Source: a virus
Lineage: Duplodnaviria > Caudoviricetes
DNA: 64,000 nucleotides
Strand: one strand, 5' to 3'
Virus record (IMG/VR): IMGVR_UViG_3300025470_000019
Span: 1 to 64,000 of that record
Part shown: in pieces, positions 50,887-59,610 of the stretch
Position numbering within the stretch: position 1 is the first letter of the stretch
How the letters are laid out: every line of letters begins with the position of its first letter
The notes under the pieces: model-generated
What the model saw: only the letters and a program-made list of their open reading frames with translations
Database searches by the model: none
Told to the model about the DNA's origin: nothing
Position numbers and translations under genes: made by a program

Positions 50887-52695
50887 TTAGGCTATCGCAG
50901 TAACAAAGGTGTTGTTTGCGGTTCCGTCCAGACAAAAATACTTGACATACATTGTGTTATGAGAACTGAGATAGAACGACGATCCGCCTGTGGCTTGTGT
51001 TGAGGCAACACCATGATTAAACTGCTGAGTTCCGCCAACATTATTGAAGATAAACAGTTCAACAGATTTTCCGGCAGTCAGGTTTTGGAGATTGGCAGTA
51101 ACTGTGCCTTGGTTTGTGTGAATATGAACAAAGTTATCTGTCGAGAAATCGATCAATACTGTGTTCGAAACTACGTTAGCAATTCTAACATTAGGAGCTT
51201 TGTATGCTGTATTTTGGTGAGAACCATCAGTAAAAGTAATGCCAGCATTTGAATTTGGGTTATTAACAAAACTCATTCCATTCGCATAAAATGCAACTGT
51301 TTCGTTTTGTATGGTGTTGGAACCTGTAGGCGTCAACTGGAAAGTAATTTTTGTTCCTGTATTGGCAGTATAAAAATCTTCGGCTGCCATCATATTGATG
51401 CGTCCAATAGAACCAGCGTATGTGTTACCGTCGGCTGTCCATCCTTGCATACTCATACGAATAATCGTGTCGTTTGCTTGAGTTTGTGTAGGCGAAACAA
51501 CAGTTCCGCGTGCTCCGCGCCCAGCAATTGCTGCGTAAGTGTTTGGGCCAAACGCATCAATACTGATACGAGCGGGTTGACCATCTTGCGCCGTTGCTTG
51601 TAATAATGTGCCATTATAGTTGCGCGGTTGCGCTACGCCAGAATTTGATCCAACAATAGATAGAGCAGAGTTCGTAGTTAATATTGTATTTGGAGTATGA
51701 ATCTGCACTTGACCGGTTCTATCGACAGCAAATGTGGGATTAGAATTTGTTCCTGTAGAATAAACAACAATAGGTCTATTGATAACAAGATTACCAGTAG
51801 CAGCAGTAGAACCAATATAGAATACTGCATTCGAATCTGTAAGACCAATAAAATTGTTTTGTAGTAAGAAATTACCTACTCTAAATCCAGCATTTGATTG
51901 TTCTGAAGTATTTGCTGATGTTGAGATGAAAAATACACCATTTGATACAGTCAATCTTTGATCTGGATAAGATGTATTTTGATCAGAGAAAATAATTGAA
52001 TTTGAGCCAACCCACATCGATTCCCAACGATTTGTTGTGTTGCCAAGAGAATATACTCCATTTGTGCTAGGAATAATACTTGATGGGACATGCAGCCAGT
52101 CAACAGTAGTGGTAACATTCGCGAATTCAAATTTCTTTACGTCAGTATTATAACGCAGAAACATATTGTTTGCGATACTGTTTCTGTCAACGTCATCAAG
52201 ATATCTCAGCTTGACTTCACCACCACCAGCAACGACTCCTGAAGCATTGCGGGCAAACCTATGCAGGTCAGCCAGAGTCTTCTTCATTAGGTCTATTTCT
52301 TTTCGAATACTATTCGGAATAGAATCGGTCTTGGCTACATATTCATCACGAGGAATCTTGGACAGAAGTTCAACTGACTTGGTGATTATATCTTTCTGTG
52401 GAAACTGTGGCATTGGCTGAGCACCAAGAGGAATAGCAACAGGCTCCTCGAGGATGATAGGTTCGACAAACTCATCCATTGATTCAACCAGAGCTTCGTG
52501 TAGGGATTCACTCTGCTGCTCTGTGATAATGGCTTTTTCTAGCTGTATCTCTTCGGGAGTGGGAAGTGCATCATTACGTTTGAGGTATTGTTCCAGTGCA
52601 CTGGCAGTCTGCCTGCGTTGTTGATCCGCAAGCATCTTTTCCTCATGCTTCTGTCTCGCAGCTCTGATACTTTCTAGGAAGATGTTATCTTTCAT
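50887..52695 (-). CDS. Late structural fibre-like protein
   Basis: TATAAATA (minus strand, 52723-52730); charged N-terminus, LRYLDDVD, T/N/S/G-rich beta body. Confidence 0.65.
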   Translation of the reverse strand: MKDNIFLESIRAARQKHEEKMLADQQRRQTASALEQYLKRNDALPTPEEIQLEKAIITEQQSESLHEALVESMDEFVEPIILEEPVAIPLGAQPMPQFPQKDIITKSVELLSKIPRDEYVAKTDSIPNSIRKEIDLMKKTLADLHRFARNASGVVAGGGEVKLRYLDDVDRNSIANNMFLRYNTDVKKFEFANVTTTVDWLHVPSSIIPSTNGVYSLGNTTNRWESMWVGSNSIIFSDQNTSYPDQRLTVSNGVFFISTSANTSEQSNAGFRVGNFLLQNNFIGLTDSNAVFYIGSTAATGNLVINRPIVVYSTGTNSNPTFAVDRTGQVQIHTPNTILTTNSALSIVGSNSGVAQPRNYNGTLLQATAQDGQPARISIDAFGPNTYAAIAGRGARGTVVSPTQTQANDTIIRMSMQGWTADGNTYAGSIGRINMMAAEDFYTANTGTKITFQLTPTGSNTIQNETVAFYANGMSFVNNPNSNAGITFTDGSHQNTAYKAPNVRIANVVSNTVLIDFSTDNFVHIHTNQGTVTANLQNLTAGKSVELFIFNNVGGTQQFNHGVASTQATGGSSFYLSSHNTMYVKYFCLDGTANNTFVTAIA

Positions 52696-52774
52696 ATCAA
52701 TTCCTTTAGGGGATATCCGGTCTATTTATAATTCCCCAGCACAAACCTAAATATAAGAAACTGCGGAGACATGA

Positions 52775-53179
52775 ATGGCCAATTCACCGATTCAACAACA
52801 GACATTCTACTCGGATTTTCTCTTTGACTTCAAGAGGAATCCTGCCACTCATGACATCCTTACTGTAACAAATGAGCAGTCTGTTATTAACTCTATCAAG
52901 AAGATTCTCCGCACAAACAATTATGAAGTGCCATACAATCCTCGCTTCGGTGCCAATATTTACCATTATCTTTTTGAGCCATTTACAGAGTTTACACAGG
53001 ATGCGTTAGAGAAAGAAATTACATATGCAATCGAGGCATATGAACCAAGGGCGAATCTAATCAGTGTAACTGTTACTGGCAGTCCTGACGAGAACAGTAT
53101 CGACATCACCATTGTTGTGTCGGTAATAAATAATCCAAACCCAATAACAGTTACAACAACACTCAGCAGGATTCGCTAA
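52775..53179 (+). CDS. gp25: Baseplate wedge subunit gp25
   Basis: YSDF, VINSIKKILRT...E.PYNPRFG, AIEAYEPR. Confidence 0.92.
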   Translation: MANSPIQQQTFYSDFLFDFKRNPATHDILTVTNEQSVINSIKKILRTNNYEVPYNPRFGANIYHYLFEPFTEFTQDALEKEITYAIEAYEPRANLISVTVTGSPDENSIDITIVVSVINNPNPITVTTTLSRIR

Positions 53180-53789
53180 ACCTGCGTTTCTGAGACTCTC
53201 TCATTTTGAGTTTGGTCTCTTCAGTATGCGGCTTACGTTTCTTACCTTTTTGTGATTCAGATATTTTCTTTCTGGTGTATTCAGAGTGTTTACACCCAGT
53301 GCGAGAATTTCTCATCTTATTTCTTGTCTCTTTAGAAACAATTTTGTTTTTTTGTGATTCTGAATTTTTGAGTTTAGATTCTTCAGACACAGGAGCTCTA
53401 GTTTCCCAAGCTATGCGCATTTTGAATTTTGTTTCCTCAGAGCGTTTCTTTCCTGTTGCCGATTCTCTTATTTTTCTTCTGTGGTCCTCGGATAGTATTG
53501 TTCCATTTGGAGTGCCACTCAACCCATTTTCTTCTATCATATTAGCCCATTCGTCGGACTCAACAATATTGTTCTGTTTTGAGAAATTTAAAGCAAACTC
53601 TGTACATTTTTCTTGTTCATCAAACTCATACAATTCAATTGTGTTGATGTGTTCAATTCCATATTTCTTAACGTGCCTAAGCCAATACTTACCCGACCCT
53701 GTGTAAGTATATGGATTCTCTCTAATAGTTTTGCCAAAATACTTCAGACCCGTTATGGCATGCTGCTTAACGTACAGATAAATAATCAT
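53163..53789 (-). CDS. GIY-YIG-type homing endonuclease with NUMOD3 repeats, antisense
   Basis: IYLYVKQH..TGLKYFGKT...YTGSGKYW; HSEYTR/HTEETK. Confidence 0.88.
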   Translation of the reverse strand: MIIYLYVKQHAITGLKYFGKTIRENPYTYTGSGKYWLRHVKKYGIEHINTIELYEFDEQEKCTEFALNFSKQNNIVESDEWANMIEENGLSGTPNGTILSEDHRRKIRESATGKKRSEETKFKMRIAWETRAPVSEESKLKNSESQKNKIVSKETRNKMRNSRTGCKHSEYTRKKISESQKGKKRKPHTEETKLKMRESQKRRFSESC

Positions 53790-53859
53790 AGCTGGTTCTC
53801 CTTACTGGGCTAGAGGTAGTGGGTTTCTTGCCGGTCACCGCGACTACCAGTTATTTATA
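53790..53859 (-). promoter_or_regulatory. Late promoter plus conserved two-hairpin leader (copy 6); overlaps divergent late promoter for gp6 (53858-53865, +)
   Basis: TATAAATA..GGTAG-TCGCG-GT..AC-CCA-CTACC-TCTAG-CCC..AAGGAGAA-CCAGC-t-ATG. Confidence 0.7.
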
Positions 53860-53898
53860 TAAATACAAATATTAACAGAGAGGCAATGAGGATCCAAA

Positions 53899-55662
53899 AT
53901 GGCCAATAATGTATTAGCAGTTACACAACTAGACTTTACAGGTATTAAAGATAGCCTCAAGACGTTTCTACGCAATTATCCACAGTTCATGGACTATGAC
54001 TTTGAAGGTAGCAACCTAGGAACATTGCTTGATGTGTTAAGCTACAACACATATCTGAATTCGTTCTACACGAACCAAGCAATTAACGAAATGTTCCTTG
54101 ATACTGCTGTATTAAGAGACTCTGTTGTGTCACATGCCAAGGAACTTAACTATCTCCCTCGCTCTGCTCGTTCTGCCGAGGCAAAGATCGACCTGACTAT
54201 CTATCCTACAGACTCTCCTGCAACCATTACGATTCCGTCAGGAACAAAATTCACTGGCTCATCTGGCCAGTCTGTATATACATTTCAGACTAACGAAGCG
54301 ATTGTCATCACTCCATACAACAATACATACACAGCTAATGCAGTGTCAATCTTTGAGGGAACGACAGTAACAGAAAATTTCATTGTGAATACTGCTATTA
54401 CTGACCAGAGATATATTCTATCCAATCCTAACATCGACACGACTTCACTAATCATCTCTGTATCCAACTCAACAGGCTCATCTGAGACATGGACTTTCTC
54501 TCCGAGTCTGTTAAATGTAACCACAACATCAAAGATATACTTCCTACAAGCCACTGCTGACAAATATGAAGTCCTGTTTGGTGATAATATCGCTGGTCTG
54601 TATCCTCCTAACAACGGAACAATCACTGCTACCTATAGAACATGCAACCAAGACTCGCCAAATGGCATTAAAGCATTCAAAGCTGCACAGAATCTTGGTG
54701 GATATTCTAACTTCTTTGTGACTACGAGCAAGGATGCGAATAATCTAATTATCTCGGCTACAGGTGGAGCTAGTCCTGAAAGTGTAGGTAGTATTAAGCT
54801 AAATGCTCCTCGTGCGTTCCAGACGCTTGAAAGAGCCGTGACAGCGAATGATTATAAAAACATTCTTTTTAATGCATATCCGGAAATCAGAGCGATCAAT
54901 GTCTATGGTGGCGAGGAATTGTCTCCTCCACAATATGGCAGAGTGTATATCTCCGTTGATGTGACGAATGTGGTTGGTCTGTCTGATACTGAGAAGAATA
55001 AGATCCAGAGCTTCATCTCCACTCGTACACCAATCTCTATCTCTCCTGTGGTGGTGGCGCCTGACTATACGTTTGCCAGTGTGGTGACTGATGTGCAGTA
55101 TAACTACAATACCAGCACACTGTCTCCTGCTGACATTCAGTCTGCTGTGCTGTCTGCCATCTCTGCGTATAACAATGCGAGTCTGATTAACTTCAATACC
55201 AAGCTGAGATACTCAAAGCTGGTCGCTGCCATTGATGGTGCTGATGTGTCTATCACACAGAGCAATACCAGAGTGATGATCTTCAAGAAGATTAATCCTA
55301 CTCTGTCTACGAATTACTCTGTTGCTCTAGACTACCAGAATACTCTCGTCGCTGGGACTGTGACATCTTCTGGCTTCACATATGCTGGTGTGGCTGCAAC
55401 ATTCCGTGATGATGGTGCTGGCAAGATTCAGATCATTACCACACTGAACAATGTGGTGACTGTGCTGAATAACAGTGTTGGGACGATTGATTATACCACT
55501 GGCATTATCAACCTCGTGAATCTCAATGTCTCTGAGTATGTGGGTAATGCCATTAATATCTTTGCAGAGACAGATCTGTCTGACTTCTCTGCAGTGAGAA
55601 ACACAATCCTTGAGATTGATGCCAATGAAGTAACCATTAACGTAACAGGGGTTCGCCAGTAA
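53899..55662 (+). CDS. gp6: Baseplate wedge protein gp6
   Basis: LDF..IK, DYDFEGSN, LDVLSYNT, RAVT..DY, GGEE..PPQYG. Confidence 0.93.
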   Translation: MANNVLAVTQLDFTGIKDSLKTFLRNYPQFMDYDFEGSNLGTLLDVLSYNTYLNSFYTNQAINEMFLDTAVLRDSVVSHAKELNYLPRSARSAEAKIDLTIYPTDSPATITIPSGTKFTGSSGQSVYTFQTNEAIVITPYNNTYTANAVSIFEGTTVTENFIVNTAITDQRYILSNPNIDTTSLIISVSNSTGSSETWTFSPSLLNVTTTSKIYFLQATADKYEVLFGDNIAGLYPPNNGTITATYRTCNQDSPNGIKAFKAAQNLGGYSNFFVTTSKDANNLIISATGGASPESVGSIKLNAPRAFQTLERAVTANDYKNILFNAYPEIRAINVYGGEELSPPQYGRVYISVDVTNVVGLSDTEKNKIQSFISTRTPISISPVVVAPDYTFASVVTDVQYNYNTSTLSPADIQSAVLSAISAYNNASLINFNTKLRYSKLVAAIDGADVSITQSNTRVMIFKKINPTLSTNYSVALDYQNTLVAGTVTSSGFTYAGVAATFRDDGAGKIQIITTLNNVVTVLNNSVGTIDYTTGIINLVNLNVSEYVGNAINIFAETDLSDFSAVRNTILEIDANEVTINVTGVRQ

Positions 55663-58466
55663 TGTTCGACAAGACTATCTCGACTGCTGTTGCTTACCAC
55701 TTCCCTGAGTTCTATAGAGCTGAGGGTGCCAACTTCGTTCAGTTTGTCAAGGCATACTACGAGTGGATGGAGCAGAGTGGCTATGAGATTGACGCATCTA
55801 AGTCTCTTCTAGACTACAAAGACATCGACACAACTGTTGATCAGTTCGCTGATCGTTTCAAGAATGAGTTTCTGGTTAACTTCCCTGCCATTACTCCTGC
55901 CAATAGAAATATCCTCGTCAAGAGAGTCAAAGACTTCTATACCAGTAAGGGTAGCACACAGGGTCTTCAATTGCTGTTTCGTCTTCTCTATGATGATGAC
56001 ATTACTGTATATGATCCTGGCACAGATATTCTCAAGCCATCTGATGGTATCTGGAAGGTTCCACAGTATATCGAAGTAGAATCAAATCCCAAGAGCAAGA
56101 CCTTCACCAATCAGGTGGTGACAGGTGCCATCAGTGGTGCCACTGCGTTTGTTGATTCAGTCTACTCTACCACTATCAAGCAGAGATTCATTGACGTTCT
56201 CCGAGTGAGTGATGTCATGGGGAATTTTATCTATGGAGAACTGATTACTGTTGATGGTAATCTTACTGATGCACCAAAGGTGACAGGATCTCTCACCTCT
56301 ATTAATGTTGTAAATGGTGGTGCCAATAATACAATTGGTGATCTATTCAATATCACAAGTTCTACCTATGGCAAGTTAGGATCAGCTCGTGTTGTTTCTA
56401 CTACTGATGGTAGCGGCAGAGTTAATTTCCAGCTCGTAGATGGTGGCTCTGGCTTTACTACTGATGCTGCTCAGGTGCATGTGTCGAGCAATGTTCTCTA
56501 TGTTTCCAAGTTCACACAGAGTAATGCACAAAGAAGTGCATTGGTTACTGACTTTGAATATGTCAACCAGCCACTTACTACTCTCAGCTACTCTGTCACG
56601 GTTCCTGTCACTGTCAATGCAGCTTCGGTTGCAGGCTCTAATGTCTATGGCTATGATGCTACCAACACTCTGGTGGCGAATGGTGTTGTGGTTGCGACGA
56701 ATGCTGCCAGTAATGGTGTCACGATTAGTGTTCTCAGTGGAGACTTCACCCTCGCAGCGAATGTGACGACCACTGGGAACTCAGTAGTCTTTGATGGGTT
56801 CAGCACCGCCGATGCTACAGCTAGAGGCATTGTCACAGGATCTAATGCGACTCACGTTGGTCTTCACTCTGTCACCAACAAGTTCTATGCCAATGCCATG
56901 ACATATGGTGAGACGAGCAACACCTTCTTAACTGTCACTGCACTTTCGACCGGAAGTGGTGCTACGTTTGGTATTTCTTTCCTAACCAACACTGAAGTCG
57001 TTTCTGTTTATAACGATGTCATTGGTGGCAATAATGTCAATGGTATTCCCTACCTGAATATGGTGATCTCTGGTAGTAATTCCAACACTGGACTTCTGCC
57101 TGCCACTGGGTCTATCACCTGCAACAGTGCTACCAGCAACGTGACAGGTGTGGGAAGTCTATTTACGACCGAGCTGGCAGTTGGTGGTGGTCTTTATACC
57201 ACTGGGAATGTCTTTATTGGCACGGTGAATGCTATCACTAATGCTACTGCACTTCAGCTTAGTGCAGTAGCCAAGGCGAACGTCTCGAGCTCCTTATACA
57301 AATACAACACTGGACAGCTTGGCTTTACCAAGACACCTACTGCAACATATAACAGCTTCCTGTTCGATATTCTTTCATACAGTAATTATACAATTGGTAG
57401 TATCGCTCAGCTTGGTAGCATCAACCCAGGAATGAATTACAATATTAATCCATTCGTGGCAGTTCGTAACGATGTGATTGCAGCGTATAATAGAAAGAAT
57501 CTCATTCTGTCACTTGCGAATAAGACAGGTGTTTTCGCAATTGGTGACGTTGTAAGTCAGAATGTGGTGACTTCATATACGACCGTGCAGTTTAATGCTA
57601 ACACTGCAGGATTCATTTCTGGCGAACCTGTCACACAGAGCAATGGCACTTCTAACTCATATGCGACGGTCTCTTCGATCAATGGTTACTACCTGACACT
57701 TACTGATGTCAAGGGCACTTTCTCAGGAAACAGCCTTGGTGGACAGGCAATCAAGGGAATCAGCTCGACCGCAACTGCCAACGTGCTGGCTGTCAGCTCA
57801 CCTTCGTCTAACTCTATTGCCAAGGGTATTATTACCAGACAGATTGATTCATTCACATACGAGGTCAAGAGAACATCGTTCAACACGACTTATGTGACAG
57901 GTGTTGGTATTACGACCACTTCAGGTGGTACGGCGAATATTGTTTCTGTGACACAGAATACAGCATCAAGACCAATGGGCTTCAATGCTTCCCTTACTGC
58001 GAACGTGTCTACTGCCAAGGGAATTGCCGCTACACTGCAGGTTCTGGATTCGGGTCATGGTTACTTCCCAGGTGAGACGGTGACTCTGACAAGCTCGAAC
58101 GTGAATAATCAGTTCGTGATCACTGGCACAGCGAATGTTTTCTATAATGGTGTTGGAACAGGTTACTGGGAAAACAACCAAGGCAAGCTCAGCTCAGACA
58201 AGTATATCCAGGATAACTACTACTACCAAGACTTCGCATATGAAGTACAGTCTAAGCTGTCATTAGATAAATACTCTGAAGTCTTAAAACAACTCGCCCA
58301 CGTTGCTGGAACAAAGATGTTCGGTAGAGTTAATGTTGGATCCAAGTCCATCATGAACTTTGCGCCTGTTTCGGCTATCGTTGTATTGGTTGACAATGAG
58401 ATAAGACAGAGAAATAATAATCTGACCACCGATCGTGCTGGCACCGTAATTCAATTAAGAGGTTAA
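55662..58466 (+). CDS. gp7: Baseplate wedge initiator, gp7-like
   Basis: FPEFY...FV.FVKAYYEWME, SKGS, KYIQDNYYYQ.F.YE, HVAGTK.FG. Confidence 0.8.
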   Translation: MFDKTISTAVAYHFPEFYRAEGANFVQFVKAYYEWMEQSGYEIDASKSLLDYKDIDTTVDQFADRFKNEFLVNFPAITPANRNILVKRVKDFYTSKGSTQGLQLLFRLLYDDDITVYDPGTDILKPSDGIWKVPQYIEVESNPKSKTFTNQVVTGAISGATAFVDSVYSTTIKQRFIDVLRVSDVMGNFIYGELITVDGNLTDAPKVTGSLTSINVVNGGANNTIGDLFNITSSTYGKLGSARVVSTTDGSGRVNFQLVDGGSGFTTDAAQVHVSSNVLYVSKFTQSNAQRSALVTDFEYVNQPLTTLSYSVTVPVTVNAASVAGSNVYGYDATNTLVANGVVVATNAASNGVTISVLSGDFTLAANVTTTGNSVVFDGFSTADATARGIVTGSNATHVGLHSVTNKFYANAMTYGETSNTFLTVTALSTGSGATFGISFLTNTEVVSVYNDVIGGNNVNGIPYLNMVISGSNSNTGLLPATGSITCNSATSNVTGVGSLFTTELAVGGGLYTTGNVFIGTVNAITNATALQLSAVAKANVSSSLYKYNTGQLGFTKTPTATYNSFLFDILSYSNYTIGSIAQLGSINPGMNYNINPFVAVRNDVIAAYNRKNLILSLANKTGVFAIGDVVSQNVVTSYTTVQFNANTAGFISGEPVTQSNGTSNSYATVSSINGYYLTLTDVKGTFSGNSLGGQAIKGISSTATANVLAVSSPSSNSIAKGIITRQIDSFTYEVKRTSFNTTYVTGVGITTTSGGTANIVSVTQNTASRPMGFNASLTANVSTAKGIAATLQVLDSGHGYFPGETVTLTSSNVNNQFVITGTANVFYNGVGTGYWENNQGKLSSDKYIQDNYYYQDFAYEVQSKLSLDKYSEVLKQLAHVAGTKMFGRVNVGSKSIMNFAPVSAIVVLVDNEIRQRNNNLTTDRAGTVIQLRG

Positions 58467-58470
58467 TTCT

Positions 58471-59607
58471 ATGGCAAATACCTATATCTACCAAATGACC
58501 GACACGTGGAATTCGCTTGCGTCGGATTACGTCGGCATTGGTCTAGATGTTACTGACACGTCTTCCACTTCCAACTCAGCTCTGATGAACCTTTCGGTTG
58601 GTGGCGCGAATCAGTTTACTGTGTTTAAGTCGGGAGACGTTTTCGCAACTGGTGGTTTAGCTGCCAATGCTATCAATACGTTAAAGCTGGCTGATGGTAT
58701 CATCGTCGACTACTCAGCTGCGGCTAGTATGGGTCGTATTATGGTAGGTCTGGGAGATGGCTTTACCTTCTATTCAGGTAACAGCACTGCAGTTGGTGCT
58801 AACGTTGTCATGATGACTATTAGCAACACTGGTGTGGCTCAGCTTGGTAACTCCTCTGCGAACGTGCAGCTTGGTGGTACGACCGTTCTTGGCACTCCAG
58901 CTGTGGCTGTTGGCTATGGTAACTCGAACTCGTCAGTAGACATCGTTGTCACGAATTCTAATACTGGTGGTAACACCTCGGCTGACTTTGCGGCTTATGA
59001 TGGTAGCGGTCTCAGTGGTGTCAACTTCATTGACATGGGTATTAATGGCAATACTTGGTCAAATTCTTCATGGACGATCAATGGTCCATCGGATGGCTAT
59101 CTCTATACAGGTAACACGAACCTCTCAATTGGTACTGCAGGTGGTGCTGTCACCAATGGCTATATTAACTTCTTCACCGCAGGCACATTAGCTGCCAACG
59201 AAAGAATGCGTATCACTCCAGGTGGTAACGTTGGTATTGGCAATACTGCACCTGATGCGACGTTCAAGGTGACAGGAACTGCAAATATCTCGGGTAACGT
59301 AGTTCTTAGCTCTAATAGCCTTCTTCTAGGAACAGGTGGCACAGCTGCGGCTCAGTCGGCTAATGGTTGGACAATGCTTCCTAATGGTATGAAGGCGAAC
59401 TATGGCTGGATCGCTGCGAATAGCTCTGTTGCGAATGCTACCTTTACTAGCCCATTCACTACAGCTTGCCTTCATGTATTCCTGACTTCTGTTAGTGCCA
59501 CTGCCACTGGTCCATATTTGATCCAGCCAGCGAATACGACTGTTGCTCCTATTAGAACAACTTCAGCTACTGCCGCTAACGTCGCCTACTATGCAATAGG
59601 ATATTAA
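58471..59607 (+). CDS. Short fibre/baseplate structural protein
   Basis: G/N/T-rich; C-terminal GWTMLPNG..ANYG...F..PF domain typical of fibre tips. Confidence 0.6.
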   Translation: MANTYIYQMTDTWNSLASDYVGIGLDVTDTSSTSNSALMNLSVGGANQFTVFKSGDVFATGGLAANAINTLKLADGIIVDYSAAASMGRIMVGLGDGFTFYSGNSTAVGANVVMMTISNTGVAQLGNSSANVQLGGTTVLGTPAVAVGYGNSNSSVDIVVTNSNTGGNTSADFAAYDGSGLSGVNFIDMGINGNTWSNSSWTINGPSDGYLYTGNTNLSIGTAGGAVTNGYINFFTAGTLAANERMRITPGGNVGIGNTAPDATFKVTGTANISGNVVLSSNSLLLGTGGTAAAQSANGWTMLPNGMKANYGWIAANSSVANATFTSPFTTACLHVFLTSVSATATGPYLIQPANTTVAPIRTTSATAANVAYYAIGY

Positions 59608-59610
59608 TAG

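Noticed and set aside
206-53789. Endonucleases as group I intron or intein ORFs
   Set aside because: No P7 or other intron core motifs seen and flanking protein genes are not split into exons; the split tRNAs have duplicated rather than spliceable halves.
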